NCBI GenBank assembly: GCA_020199905.1
Contig: JAIVJS010000075.1
Span: 4,521-68,520 of the forward strand
DNA length: 64,000 nucleotides
Direction: 5' to 3'
Source: Acidobacteriota bacterium
Lineage (GTDB): Bacteria > Acidobacteriota > Thermoanaerobaculia > UBA5066 > Gp7-AA6
A program made the translations under genes and the position numbers. Shown in pieces: positions 47,931 through 58,509 of this stretch. Within the stretch, counting starts at the first letter, position 1, and every line of letters begins with the position of its first letter. The notes below the pieces were generated by a model. The model was not told the origin of the DNA. It did not search any database and saw only the letters and a list, made by a program, of their open reading frames with translations.

Positions 47931-49286
47931 ATGACGCCTCGCGCGGCAGGATGGACCCTGGTCTTTCTTTCCCTGCACTGCCTCGCCTCGGGCGTGGCGG
48001 CCGACGCCAGGACCGTCGTCCACGAGGACCGGCTCGGCAACGGACTGCGCATCGCGCTCGCGCCGGATCCGGCCGCTTCGGTGGTCGCGGTCAGCGCGTC
48101 ATTCGACGCCGGATCGCGCAACGAGGCGGCGGCCGCGCTCGGATCGGCCGGCAGAACGGCGAGAGCCGTCGCCGCGCGGGTCCCGGGGCTCGAAGCGTCC
48201 GCCAACCAGGAGAGAGCCGTCCTGTCCGGAAGCTTCGCGCCGCGGGATCTGCCCCGCGCTCTCGAGAGCCTGGCCGCGGTCATGCGCCTGGCATGCCGCC
48301 CGGAGGCGGCCGAGCTCGCCGCCCCGCCGGCGGGATCAGGACCCCTGGCATCGGAGGCCGACGTCGCGCTCCTGCGTCTGTCGTACGCCTCTTTTTCCTA
48401 CGCGCACCCGGCGGGCGGCGCGGGGCCCGACCGCGGCGCAATCGCACCGTTCTTCTGCCGTCACTACGCGCCGAACACGCTCGTGCTCGCGATTGCCGGA
48501 CGGTTCGAGACGAAGACGGCCCTGCGGCTCGCGAGGACCGTTTTTACGAGCCTTCGCCGGCGCCGTTCGCCTCCTCCTGTCGCCACTGGCGCGCGTCCGC
48601 CATCCGCCGAGCGCCGCTTGACCCTGAACGACCCGGGTCTGCAGGCGCCGCGGATCTATGTCAGCTACGTGACCGTTCGGGCGGACCAACCGGACTGGTA
48701 TGCCCTCAATATCCTCGCCGACGCGCTCGGAAACGGCGAGGGCTCCCGGATGCAGCGCGCCCTCGTTGCCGCGGGGCTCGCGAGCAGGTTCCTCGAGGGC
48801 ATGACGGAGAACCGGGCGCCGTCCCTCCTCCGGATGCGGGTTGACCTTTCCGGACCGACGGCCGATCCCGCCCCCGTCGAAGAGGCGATGGACCGGGAGC
48901 TCGCCCGCCTTCGGGAGGAACCGATCACGCCGGCGGAGCTCGAATCGGCCCGGGAGTCCGAGCGCAGCGCCGCGGCCGAGAGCCGAAAGACGTCTCTCGA
49001 CGTTGCGAACACGCTGTCCCGGTTCGTCACGTACTTCGACGACGCGAAGCGCCTCGACGGAGAGCTTCCGCGCCTTCTCGCGGTCACGGCGGAAGACGTG
49101 CGGAGGGTCGCTCGACGGTACCTGGTGAAAGAGAACCGGGCGGTCGTCGTCGCCAGGCCCTGGCCCGGCTCGGGCCCGGCCGCACGCGGCCTGTGTTGTG
49201 AAGATCCCGGCCGTTGCCGGGAAAGTGTCGTGAAAGCACCGCCCGGCCGATCGCGGCGAGGCGCTAGACTGCGGGTATGGCCATAG
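47931..49286 (+). CDS. M16 peptidase-like protein lacking HXXEH (inactive or degenerate)
   Basis: LGNGLR, AGSRNE, HYAPN..LAIAG, LG.GEGSR, VTAEDVRRVARRYL. Confidence 0.75.
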   Translation: MTPRAAGWTLVFLSLHCLASGVAADARTVVHEDRLGNGLRIALAPDPAASVVAVSASFDAGSRNEAAAALGSAGRTARAVAARVPGLEASANQERAVLSGSFAPRDLPRALESLAAVMRLACRPEAAELAAPPAGSGPLASEADVALLRLSYASFSYAHPAGGAGPDRGAIAPFFCRHYAPNTLVLAIAGRFETKTALRLARTVFTSLRRRRSPPPVATGARPPSAERRLTLNDPGLQAPRIYVSYVTVRADQPDWYALNILADALGNGEGSRMQRALVAAGLASRFLEGMTENRAPSLLRMRVDLSGPTADPAPVEEAMDRELARLREEPITPAELESARESERSAAAESRKTSLDVANTLSRFVTYFDDAKRLDGELPRLLAVTAEDVRRVARRYLVKENRAVVVARPWPGSGPAARGLCCEDPGRCRESVVKAPPGRSRRGARLRVWP

Positions 49287-50380
49287 ACGGCAAAACCACC
49301 GAACTGGAGCGCGAAAAGACCGACCAGAGCCTCCGGACCGAGCGCGCGAAGGCGGACCAGGCCCTGGCGCAACGGCGGACGGCCATCGAACGGGACGCCG
49401 ATGCGGTGATTCAGCGCGCGCGAGAGAATGCGGACGCCGTCCTGACCGCGGCGCGCGACAAGGCGGACGAGCGGCTCGAGGAAGCGCCTCCCCGGGCCGC
49501 TGCCGTCTCGGCCGTCACCGAAGGTCGCGTGATCGAGGACGAGAGTCTGCGAGATGAGCGGGCGTCCGCGGATGCGAGGCTCCGGCGCGAACGCGCCGAA
49601 AGCGTTCGCGCCCTGTCGATGATGGCGCTGTTTGAAAGAGACAAGACCGACAGATCCCTCTTGACCGAGCGGATTCGTTCTGACGAAGCGGTCTCGCACC
49701 GGGACGACTTCCTGGGGATCGTCAGCCACGACCTGCGGAATCTCCTCAATGGAATCGTGATAAGCGCGGAGCAACTGTCGCGCACCGAGACCGGGAACGA
49801 TCGTGAGCAGACTCTCGCTCAGACCACGCGCATTCAACGGTATGCGGCGCGCATGGACCGCCTTATCGGAGACCTGATGGATGTGGCGACTCTCGATGCC
49901 GGAAAGCTCGCCATTGCTCCGGTTTCCGGCGATTGGGAGGCGCTGATCGCCGAGGCCCTGGATGCTTTTCACGCCTCCGCGACCGCGAAGGGCCTGTCCC
50001 TGCGGACGGAGATCGGCGAGGGCCCGCTCATAACGGAGTTCGATCACGATCGGATGCTCCAGGTGCTCGCCAACCTCGTCGCGAACGCGATGAAGTTCAC
50101 CTCTTCGGGCGGCATAATCCGCGTCGGGGCCGAACGCTCCGAGGACGGGATCCGCGTCTGGGTCAGTGACACCGGCTCCGGGATACCAGCCGGCATGCTG
50201 GAGGCGGTTTTCGAGCGGTTCTGGCAGGTCGGAAAGAATGATCGCCGAGGCATGGGTCTCGGCCTCTACATTTCCAGGTCCATCGTGGAAGCGCACGGCG
50301 GAGCGATCCGGGCGGAGAGCCGGGAGGGCGAGGGAAGCACATTCAGCTTCACGGTTCCCCGCAAGTTGCCGGCCGCGTGA
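49277..50380 (+). CDS. Cytoplasmic sensor histidine kinase with coiled-coil N-terminus
   Basis: VSHDLRN, NLVANAMKF, DTGSGI, GLGLYIS. Confidence 0.92.
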   Translation: MAIDGKTTELEREKTDQSLRTERAKADQALAQRRTAIERDADAVIQRARENADAVLTAARDKADERLEEAPPRAAAVSAVTEGRVIEDESLRDERASADARLRRERAESVRALSMMALFERDKTDRSLLTERIRSDEAVSHRDDFLGIVSHDLRNLLNGIVISAEQLSRTETGNDREQTLAQTTRIQRYAARMDRLIGDLMDVATLDAGKLAIAPVSGDWEALIAEALDAFHASATAKGLSLRTEIGEGPLITEFDHDRMLQVLANLVANAMKFTSSGGIIRVGAERSEDGIRVWVSDTGSGIPAGMLEAVFERFWQVGKNDRRGMGLGLYISRSIVEAHGGAIRAESREGEGSTFSFTVPRKLPAA

Positions 50381-50465
50381 TGCGCAAAAGCTTCGACGTG
50401 AGGGAGGGGCGCACTCCGGCTCCTGTTCCGCTTTCGCATGGGGTTTCCAAAACACGGGGGTAACC

Positions 50466-51350
50466 TTGATCCTCAAAGACGTGTACCGCACGGTCGGCGA
50501 CCAGACCTCGCTCGACACGCTTTCCGACGCGCTCCAGCCCGCAGTCCGCGGATTTTTCGACGGCCTCGGGCCCGCGCGGCGGCTCGTGAAAAACGCCCTG
50601 CACGGCACGTGGCTCGGCCATCCCCTGCATCCGGTGCTGACCGACATCCCGATCGGCGCCTGGACCGCGACCGTGCTGCTCGACGCCCTTGACGACGGAC
50701 GGGATCGGCGCGGGCTTCACCGCGCGGCGGACGCCACCGCCGCCCTGGGACTCGCCGGCGCGATCGGGTCCGCCGTCACGGGACTGACGGACTGGTCGGA
50801 GACGGATGGACGGCCGCGCCGGATCGGCGCCGCCCACGCGCTGCTGACCTCCACGGGAACGCTTCTCTTTGCCGCGTCTCTCTTCTCGCGTTCCCGCGGG
50901 TCCCGGGGCGTCGGCAGCGGACTCGCGCTAGCCGGTTTGTTCCTCGTGGCCGCCGCGGGATTCCTCGGGGGCGAGCTCGTCTCGCACGAGCAGATCGGCG
51001 TCGACCACACCGCCGGCCGCGAGATGCCCGAGGACTTCGTCGAGGCCCTGGACGACGGCGAGCTTCCGGAAGGCACGCTGAAACGCATCCTCTACAAAGG
51101 CACCCCCCTCCTCCTGGTCCGCCGCGGCGGCCGCCTCCACGCGCTCGCCGAAACCTGCGCGCATCTGGGCGGCCCGCTTTCCGAGGGCAGGCTGGACGGC
51201 GACTGCGTCGTCTGCCCCTGGCACGGATCGACCTTCGAGCTCGCGACCGGCGACGTCGTGGCCGGACCGTCCGCGTTCCCGCAGCCCCTTTTCGAGACCC
51301 GCGTGCGCGACGGCAGGATCGAGTTGCGGCTGGCCCGCTCCGCCTCGTAG
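50466..51350 (+). CDS. DUF2231 membrane domain plus Rieske [2Fe-2S] protein
   Basis: GHPLHPVLTDIPIGAW; CAHLGGPL...CPWHGS. Confidence 0.9.
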   Translation: MILKDVYRTVGDQTSLDTLSDALQPAVRGFFDGLGPARRLVKNALHGTWLGHPLHPVLTDIPIGAWTATVLLDALDDGRDRRGLHRAADATAALGLAGAIGSAVTGLTDWSETDGRPRRIGAAHALLTSTGTLLFAASLFSRSRGSRGVGSGLALAGLFLVAAAGFLGGELVSHEQIGVDHTAGREMPEDFVEALDDGELPEGTLKRILYKGTPLLLVRRGGRLHALAETCAHLGGPLSEGRLDGDCVVCPWHGSTFELATGDVVAGPSAFPQPLFETRVRDGRIELRLARSAS

Positions 51351-51592
51351 CGCGCCTTCTCGCGGCCGCGAAGGACGAGCGGAAAAATTCTTCCGCCGTC
51401 CGCGCCATCGTTCATCGCCATACGGGTGCCGCCTCGTGGGATCTCGTGCCGTGCATTCCGAACGAGGAGGCCTGTTGCGAGCGGAAGTTGGCAGCACGAG
51501 CGCCGCTTCGGATGTGACGAAGAGCGCGGCGGCCGGCGAGACCGCGGCAGCAAGGCGGCGGCGGTGGAGTTTTCCCTCGGAGGCGCCCGGCG

Positions 51593-51743
51593 TTGACACT
51601 CCTCGCCGTTCGGCTCATGGCGGTTTTCGCGGCCACCCTGTTGCCCGGCGCAGGGACTCCCTCGCGGACGAAGCGCCTCGCGAGCCTTCCCGACGCGAGC
51701 GCCCTCGGGTCGCCGTCCGCTTCCGCCGTCCCGACCGGAATCG
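51593..51743 (+). pseudogene. Truncated 5' end of a secreted protein at the island boundary
   Basis: GGAGG RBS, signal-peptide-like LLAVRLMAVFAATLLPGA; runs into the stop of the convergent kinase. Confidence 0.35.
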
Positions 51744-52922
51744 TTACCGTTGATCCGGCACCGCACTGGATACGGAAGAGGGGTCGTGGACCGAGCGGCG
51801 GGGCAGGTCGATGGTGAAGACGCAACCCCGGCCAGGTCTGTTGCGGACGGTCAGAGTCCCCTCGTTGGCCATGACGCTGTTTCGAGAGATGGACAGGCCG
51901 AGGCCGAGGCCGGTGTTGTCCGCGCTCCCCCGCTTGAATGGGAGAAAGAGATCTTGCGGATCGCCCGGGGGAAGTCCGCCGCAGTTGTCCTCGACGTCGA
52001 TATGGATGCGGTCGTCGGCGCCGTAGGCGTTCAGTCTGACTTCGGTCTGTGGACGAGTGAACTTGAACGCGTTCTGCAACAGGTTCCCCACGGCCGCGAA
52101 CAGCAGGTCGCGGTCGGCATCGACGGCAAGTTCCGGCGCAACATCCGAGACCTTCAGCACGCAGTCCTTGACCTGCGCTTCCAGCGACGCGGAAAGCCTC
52201 ACTTCCGCGATGAAGCCGGCAAGGGAGAATAGCCGCTGCTGCGCGGGCTCGCCGGCCGCCAGTCGAACCTCGGTAAAGGTGCGGTCGATGAGATTGGACA
52301 GTGCCACGAGGCTCCGGTCCAACACGGCTCCCGTCGCGCCGGCCAGCCCAACCTTGCCGGCTTTGATGGCGGCGAGCGCGAGGTTAGCCGTTGAGAGGCG
52401 GTTACGCAGCTCGTGGGCAAAAAATCCCAACCGTTCATTCAAAGCGCTGGTCTCTGTGTCTGCCACCGCAGAATCGCGCCGGTAATTGAACTCGGTGACG
52501 GCAACGGCGATCCCATTGTCGAGACAGCGGTTCAAGGTTCGGAACTCGTCGATCGTGATCGGCGCGTTGTGTTCGAAGGCCAGATCCGTGATCGCTTGAC
52601 AGAGATCGCCGTAGTCGTGAACGACCTGCTCGACCGTGAAGCCGTGCCGTTGTAACTCGCGGCCATGAAGCACCGCCGTCTCGCCAATTTCGGACCGGGT
52701 GGACTCCGCCTTTTGACCGCTGGAGGGACCGGAGACCTCGCGACTCTGCATCGGGTCCGTCGTCTGCTCCATCTGGAGCGTCTTGATGAGTTGATCGAGG
52801 AAGAGGGGAATTCCATGCCGCAGTTCGCCTTCGGTCACTCCGGGGTCGGGCCGTTGCGCGACCTTCAGCCTGCAGCGCTCGATCAGCTCGGCCCGGTTGG
52901 CGATGAGGAACTCGTTCAGCAC
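51744..52922 (-). CDS. Histidine kinase with RsbRD-N-like domain (alternative start 53132)
   Basis: HG..L..HGFTVEQVVHDYGDLCQAIT, FAHELRN, NAFKF, GLGLGL. Confidence 0.88.
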   Translation of the reverse strand: MLNEFLIANRAELIERCRLKVAQRPDPGVTEGELRHGIPLFLDQLIKTLQMEQTTDPMQSREVSGPSSGQKAESTRSEIGETAVLHGRELQRHGFTVEQVVHDYGDLCQAITDLAFEHNAPITIDEFRTLNRCLDNGIAVAVTEFNYRRDSAVADTETSALNERLGFFAHELRNRLSTANLALAAIKAGKVGLAGATGAVLDRSLVALSNLIDRTFTEVRLAAGEPAQQRLFSLAGFIAEVRLSASLEAQVKDCVLKVSDVAPELAVDADRDLLFAAVGNLLQNAFKFTRPQTEVRLNAYGADDRIHIDVEDNCGGLPPGDPQDLFLPFKRGSADNTGLGLGLSISRNSVMANEGTLTVRNRPGRGCVFTIDLPRRSVHDPSSVSSAVPDQR

Positions 52923-53493
52923 TCCACCAGCATACGCTCGACCGGTACCGGAGGCGTAAGCAAAGTGCGCCCTCCGCCGCTCGAGCTCGGCCCTCGCCGA
53001 GCCGAGAAGAAGCGTTAACCGGTCATGTTCTGAGCCGCTAACGCGGGAGAGTGCCGGGGGAATGACTCGGACGAAAAGCGCCAGTACCCGGTCAGGGATT
53101 CCCCGGATGGGTGGCTGCTCGCGCTCAGTCATGGAAGACACAGTGCAAGAAAGTCGCCACACGGAAAAGATCCGGGAGGGACGCACGCATTCGACGAGGA
53201 TCCGTCGAGGCGTCCGAATCCGACGAACAGTTCCGAGGTTGCGTCGGACACCGAACCATTTTCTTTTTCTACGTCGTCCTTGAAGAGGCCCGAGGTCATC
53301 CGGTCTGGATCGTGACCGCGAGCTCGCCATCGAAGGAAGGGGTTGATCATGGCGCGGCCGACGGCGCGTCGCTAATCGTTTGTTGTAATCCTTGTGATTC
53401 TCCGAAGTTATCGACGGATCACCGGTCGATGCCTGGCGAGGTTTCGGTCTGCTGTGCTGTCAGACGTAGGATTGGCAGAAAGGGGTAGACCGA

Positions 53494-54459
53494 TTGGAGC
53501 TTCGTCATCTGCGCTATTTCGTAGCTGTCGCCGAAGAAACACACTTCGGTCGTGCCGCTGTTCGGCTAAACACGTCGCAGCCGTCTGTCAGCCAGCAGAT
53601 CAAGATTCTGGAAAGAGAGCTCAACGTCTCGCTCCTGGTCCGCACGCGGCCGCGCGTGCAGCTGACCCCCGCCGGTCGGCGCTTCCTGGAAGTAGCGCAG
53701 GGCATTCTGGCGTCGGCGGAGCAAGCGGGGGCCGTCGCGCGAGAGACTGCCCGGGGCGACTCGCGGAAGATCGTGCTGGGGATCTCGGTGACGTCGGATT
53801 GGGATCTGATTGGCAAGACGCGCCGGCGCTTCGTCGAACGTGCTCCGGACGTGAAAATTCTGTTTCAAAACTTGAGTGAAGAATCTCAGGTCGCCGCGCT
53901 CCACGCCGGAGAGATCGACATCGGGTTCTGCTGTTTTCCGACACTCTCTCAAGGCTTGACGACGGAAATCACCGGTCGCGAGAGAATGATGGTCGCCCTC
54001 CCGGCGGGCCACCGTTTTGCCCGGCGGCGCACTGTGCGGCTCGAGGACCTGGTCGACGAACCGTACAGTCTCTGGCCGAGGCACTTCTCCCCCGGATGCT
54101 ACGATCACCTGCTCAATGTCTTTCGCAACGCTGGTTTCGGGCCGCCCCTCGACGTCGCAGGTGACCTTCCGCCCGCCCGAACCATCCTCGGGATGGTCGC
54201 GGCGGGCCTCATCATCGCGCTTGTGATTCCTGAGGGCGACCGGGCACGTACGCGCGGATTCGTTCTCAAGCAGACCACGGAACCCGGCATCTTTCATGAA
54301 ACCGCGGTCATCTACCGGCGCGGCGTGGAGTCGGAGACGTTGATTCCCTTTTTGCAACAGCTGCGCCTGGTCCTGGCAGAGCGTGATCCAAACCGAACGG
54401 GCCGCGTTCCCTCGCGTCCAGGGATCTCGCGGCCTCGGACGGCGAACCGCGCACGCTAG
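53494..54459 (+). CDS. LysR-family transcriptional regulator
   Basis: MELRHLRYFVAVAEETHFGRAA..SQPSVSQQI..LE. Confidence 0.95.
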   Translation: MELRHLRYFVAVAEETHFGRAAVRLNTSQPSVSQQIKILERELNVSLLVRTRPRVQLTPAGRRFLEVAQGILASAEQAGAVARETARGDSRKIVLGISVTSDWDLIGKTRRRFVERAPDVKILFQNLSEESQVAALHAGEIDIGFCCFPTLSQGLTTEITGRERMMVALPAGHRFARRRTVRLEDLVDEPYSLWPRHFSPGCYDHLLNVFRNAGFGPPLDVAGDLPPARTILGMVAAGLIIALVIPEGDRARTRGFVLKQTTEPGIFHETAVIYRRGVESETLIPFLQQLRLVLAERDPNRTGRVPSRPGISRPRTANRAR

Positions 54460-54641
54460 GGCGGGAAGAGAGTCTCGATCGCGGAGATCGTGACCAGGAA
54501 GAGGGCCCCGGTCGGCGCAGCCGACGCGGCAGCCGGAGGGTGAACGGGGACGAATGGTGGCGACTCCCGAGAAGGCGGGCTGCCTCGCTGCAAAGGAAAT
54601 GAACGAACCCACGGCGAAGCTCGGGTGGTGGCGGACCACTC

Positions 54642-54669
54642 TGTCCGAAGATTGTCCGGGAGTTGTCCG
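54642..54669. mobile_element. Putative integrase arm-type sites (att remnant)
   Basis: TGTCCG x3 at exact 11-bp spacing (54642, 54653, 54664), about 90-120 bp from the tRNA 3' end. Confidence 0.5.
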
Positions 54670-54760
54670 CGAACTGACGCGGAACGTCGCGGAAGCGGAG
54701 AGTGAGAAAACCGAAAAACTTCCGAAAGCCTCGTGGTTTTCCTCTCGTAAGCATCGTGAG

Positions 54761-54837
<77 letters not shown>

Positions 54838-54973
54838 GCAGTCGAAGAGCGCGAATCATACACAGGTCCGGCGGTCCCTGCTACACTCGCGGGCTTCGGA
54901 AAACCCGGCCGCATTCGCCGCCCGCCCGGCCAGAGGGCGGAGCCGATGACGCCGACATCGGGGGCCTCGACGC

Positions 54974-55774
54974 ATGAATCCAGGGCGCGCGCGGACATCG
55001 GCCGGAGGACGCCTCCTCGTGTCGTGCTCCGGGCTCGTGATGCTCCTCGTTCTCTGGAGCGCGGCGATCGCGCTCGCCGGAAATACGCTTCTTCCGAGCC
55101 CGTGGAGCGTCGCGGCCGCGATCGCGGAGCTCGCGCAGAAAGGGTTTCTCGTCAAACACGTCGTCGCCTCGCTCTTCCGCGTCACGTGGGGATACCTGAT
55201 GGCCGTCGTCGTCGGAGTGCCCCTGGGGATCTTCCTCGGCTGGCGCCGCCGCGCGGAGATGGCGCTCGCGCCGCTGCTCGAGCTGCTGCGGCCGATCTCT
55301 CCCCTCGCCTGGATCCCCATCGCGATACTCTGGTTCGGTGTGGGAGATCTCGCCGCGATCTTCATCATCTTCCTCGCCTCGATTCTTCCTCTGATTCTCA
55401 CGGCCATGAACGCCGTCGGAAGCGTCACGGCGACGCACTGGAACGCCGGGCGCAACTTCGGGCTCTCTCCGGTCGATCTGGCGCGAAAGGTCCTCGCTCC
55501 CGCGATCCTCCCGCAACTCATCGTCGGCCTCCGGTTGACGCTCGGAATCGCGTGGCTCGTGGTCGTCGCCGCGGAGATGATCGCCGTCAACTCGGGGCTG
55601 GGGTTTTTGATCATCGACGCGCGCAACGCCGGCAACCGATATGACCTGGTCGTGGCCGGCATGGTCCTGATCGGGTTGATCGGCGTCGGCCTCGACTCCG
55701 CGATGCGCCGTCTCGAGCGCCTGCCCGCGGCGAGCTGGGGCTACCAGACTCCCGTCGAAGCGGAGGCGGCGTGA
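54974..55774 (+). CDS. SsuC/NrtB/TauC-type ABC permease
   Basis: LRPISPLAWIP, WLVVVAAEMIA..SGLG. Confidence 0.92.
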   Translation: MNPGRARTSAGGRLLVSCSGLVMLLVLWSAAIALAGNTLLPSPWSVAAAIAELAQKGFLVKHVVASLFRVTWGYLMAVVVGVPLGIFLGWRRRAEMALAPLLELLRPISPLAWIPIAILWFGVGDLAAIFIIFLASILPLILTAMNAVGSVTATHWNAGRNFGLSPVDLARKVLAPAILPQLIVGLRLTLGIAWLVVVAAEMIAVNSGLGFLIIDARNAGNRYDLVVAGMVLIGLIGVGLDSAMRRLERLPAASWGYQTPVEAEAA

Positions 55775-56550
55775 AGCCGGCGGCGGAGCTCGTGCCCGAC
55801 CGCGCGAAGCTCTCGATCCGAGGGCTCGAGATGACATTCCGCGCCGAGGGTAAGGAAACGCGTGTTCTTCACGACATCGACCTGGACGTCCGCGAGGGAG
55901 AGCTCGTCTGCATCCTCGGGCCGTCCGGCTGCGGCAAGTCGACGCTCTTGAACATCGTCGGGGGTTTCCTGACGCCGACGGCGGGATCCGTCACGATCGA
56001 CGGGGAGCCGGTGTCCGGCCCCGATCCGCGGCGGATCTTCGTGTTCCAGGAGCGCGGGGTCTTCCCCTGGTTGACGGTCGAGGGAAACATCGGCTTCGGG
56101 CTTGGGCGGCTCCCCGAGGCGGAGCGGGCGAAGCGCATCGCCCATTACGTCGGCCTCGTCGGGCTCACCGGGTTCGAGAAGGCTTATCCCCAGGAGCTCT
56201 CGGGCGGAATGAAGCAGCGTGTCGAAGTCGCGCGCGCCCTCGCGGTCAACCCCGACATGCTCTATCTCGACGAGCCGTTCGGCGCGCTCGACTCGATCAC
56301 GCGGCTCGTCATGCGGTCCGAGCTCCTGCGGATCTGGGGCGCCGAGAGGAAGACGATTCTCTTCGTGACCCACGACATCGACGAATCCGTTCAGCTCGCC
56401 GATCGCGTGATCGTGATGTCCGCGAGGCCCGCAACGATCCGCCGGGTCGTCACGATCGATCTGCCTCATCCCCGCGACCTCTCGTCCCGGCGATATCTCG
56501 AGCTGCGCGACGGCATCTTCGAAGAGATCGGCCTGGCGCACCGCATCTGA
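55771..56550 (+). CDS. SsuB/NrtD/TauB-type ABC ATPase
   Basis: GPSGCGKST, LSGGMKQR, LDEPFGALD, VTHD. Confidence 0.95.
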   Translation: MKPAAELVPDRAKLSIRGLEMTFRAEGKETRVLHDIDLDVREGELVCILGPSGCGKSTLLNIVGGFLTPTAGSVTIDGEPVSGPDPRRIFVFQERGVFPWLTVEGNIGFGLGRLPEAERAKRIAHYVGLVGLTGFEKAYPQELSGGMKQRVEVARALAVNPDMLYLDEPFGALDSITRLVMRSELLRIWGAERKTILFVTHDIDESVQLADRVIVMSARPATIRRVVTIDLPHPRDLSSRRYLELRDGIFEEIGLAHRI

Positions 56551-56565
56551 CGGACCTCACGAACC

Positions 56566-57333
56566 GTGGTGTCGCGCTCGTTCGAAAGGATCCTCTGGCC
56601 CGCGCTCACGGCGGTCCTCGCTCTCGTGGTCTGGCACTTCGCGGTCCGGTGGACGAAAACGTCGGTCTTTCCCCCTCCTCTGGCCGTCGCGGCGGGCTTC
56701 GCCGAGCTCGCGCGCCGCGGCGTGCTCTTCCGCTATGCGGCCGACTCCCTCTTCCGCGTGGTCTCGGGCTACGGGCTGGCGCTGGCGCTCGGGATTCCGA
56801 CCGGACTGCTTCTCGGCTGGTCTCCCACCGGCGCCCGGGCCGCCAATCCGGTGATCCAGCTGCTGCGGCCCATCAGCCCGCTCGCGTGGATCCCGGTCTC
56901 GATCGTCCTCTTCGGCATCTCGAACTTCGCGACGATCTTCCTGATCTTTCTGGCGTCGTTCTTCCCGATCGTCGTGGCCACCATGAACGGCGTTCGGGCG
57001 ATCCCGGTGATGTATCTGCTCGCGGGTCAGAACTTCGACCTCTCGCCGGCCGAGCGTCTCTGGCGCGTGATGCTTCCGGCGGCCCTCCCGCAGGTGCTGA
57101 CCGGACTCCGGATCGCGCTCGGGATCGCCTGGCTCGTGGTCGTCGCCGCCGAAATGATCGCCGTGGACTCCGGCCTCGGCTACCTGGTGATCGACTCGCG
57201 CAATGCCGGAAAGCGCTATGACCTCGTCGTCGCGGCGATGATCCTGATCGGCGTGATCGGGGTCGGCCTGAACGTCCTCATGCGCCGGGTCGAGCGGCTG
57301 CGCTCGGTCCGGTGGGGCTTCCGCGCGGCATGA
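56566..57333 (+). CDS. Second SsuC/NrtB-type ABC permease
   Basis: Paralog of 54974..55774 with the same motifs. Confidence 0.92.
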   Translation: MVSRSFERILWPALTAVLALVVWHFAVRWTKTSVFPPPLAVAAGFAELARRGVLFRYAADSLFRVVSGYGLALALGIPTGLLLGWSPTGARAANPVIQLLRPISPLAWIPVSIVLFGISNFATIFLIFLASFFPIVVATMNGVRAIPVMYLLAGQNFDLSPAERLWRVMLPAALPQVLTGLRIALGIAWLVVVAAEMIAVDSGLGYLVIDSRNAGKRYDLVVAAMILIGVIGVGLNVLMRRVERLRSVRWGFRAA

Positions 57334-58436
57334 GCGCGGCCCCGCGCCCCCCGGAAGTTCCCCGCGAGCGGCGGCCGGTCCGCATCGGACGGCGTCTGGC
57401 CGTCGGAGCCCTCCTCTGGACGGCCGCGCTGACCGGAGCGCACATGGCGCTGAACGTCGACTGGTCTTCCATCGTGAACCAGCGGCTGCCCCCTTCTCAG
57501 CGGAAGTTGAACGTGGCGTACATCCCGGTGACCTGCCACCTCGCGTGCCCCGTGACGGATTTCATCTCGCGATATTCCCTCGCGGGGAATCTCTTCATCC
57601 CCCGCATGTTCCAGGGATTTCCGGAGATCAAGGAGGCGCTGATCTCCAACCGCATGCAGGTGGGATTCATGGTCGCTCCGATGGCGATCGCGCTCCGCGC
57701 GCAGGGCGTGCCGATCAGGATCGTCTATCTCGGTCACCGGTACGGCAGCGCCGTCGTCGTGCAGAAGGACGGACCCATCCAATCCGTGAAGGACCTGCGG
57801 GGACGCATCATCGCGATTCCCAGCCGGTTCTCCGACGAACGGCTCATCGTCTTCAAGGCCCTGAAGGCCAACGGCATCCCGCCCGGGAACGTGCGGCTGA
57901 TCGAGATGGCGCCGCCCGACGTCGCGGGAGCGCTCGCGGCGAAGGCCATCGACGCCTTCTCCATGGGCGAGCCGTATCCCGCGCAGGCGGAGATCGGCGG
58001 CTTCGGCCGCATCCTCTTTCCGGCCCGCGAGTACTGGCCCGACTACATGTCCTGTGTCGTCGTCGTGCGGCAGGACGTCATCGACACGCGCCCGGACGCC
58101 GTGCAGGTGCTCGTCGACGGGATCGCGCGCTCGGGCCTCTGGCTGGACGAAGGCAAGCCCCACCGCGAGCACGCCGCGGACTTCGTCGGCCGCTACTATT
58201 ACCGTCAGCCCCCCGCCCTGCTTCGCCACGCGCTGACGATGCCGCTCGACCGCGTCACATACACTAGCCTCTCGCCGCGGAAGCCGGACTTCGACATGGT
58301 CCGGGACCTGATGATCGAGACGGGCGTCCTCGACTGGAAGATCCCGTTCTCGGAGTACGTCGACACCCGCTTCGCCGACGCGGCCGGGCGCCAGACGGCG
58401 TGGAAGTACGAGCCCGGCAGCGGAAAGGCGGAATAG
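57330..58436 (+). CDS. NMT1/SsuA/NrtA-type substrate-binding protein
   Basis: N-terminal TM anchor, IPVTCHLACP, LGHRYGS, KDLRG, GEPY. Confidence 0.87.
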   Translation: MSAAPRPPEVPRERRPVRIGRRLAVGALLWTAALTGAHMALNVDWSSIVNQRLPPSQRKLNVAYIPVTCHLACPVTDFISRYSLAGNLFIPRMFQGFPEIKEALISNRMQVGFMVAPMAIALRAQGVPIRIVYLGHRYGSAVVVQKDGPIQSVKDLRGRIIAIPSRFSDERLIVFKALKANGIPPGNVRLIEMAPPDVAGALAAKAIDAFSMGEPYPAQAEIGGFGRILFPAREYWPDYMSCVVVVRQDVIDTRPDAVQVLVDGIARSGLWLDEGKPHREHAADFVGRYYYRQPPALLRHALTMPLDRVTYTSLSPRKPDFDMVRDLMIETGVLDWKIPFSEYVDTRFADAAGRQTAWKYEPGSGKAE

Positions 58437-58503
58437 TTCTCAGTTGTCAGTTCTCAGTCCTCAGTTCGGTCCCACATGAACTGAAAACTGATGACTGACA
58501 GCT
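58437..58503. repeat. Inverted heptamer arrays (hairpin)
   Basis: ttctcag ttgtcag ttctcag tcctcag ... ctgaaaa ctgatga ctgacag, starting immediately after the stop codon. Confidence 0.85.
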
Positions 58504-58509
58504 TTCACC

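Noticed and set aside
53129-53493. Small ORF, LysR box (T-N11-A near 53397) and ATCGAC/GTCGAT inverted repeat
   Set aside because: Motifs too short to be significant and the ORF has no recognisable features
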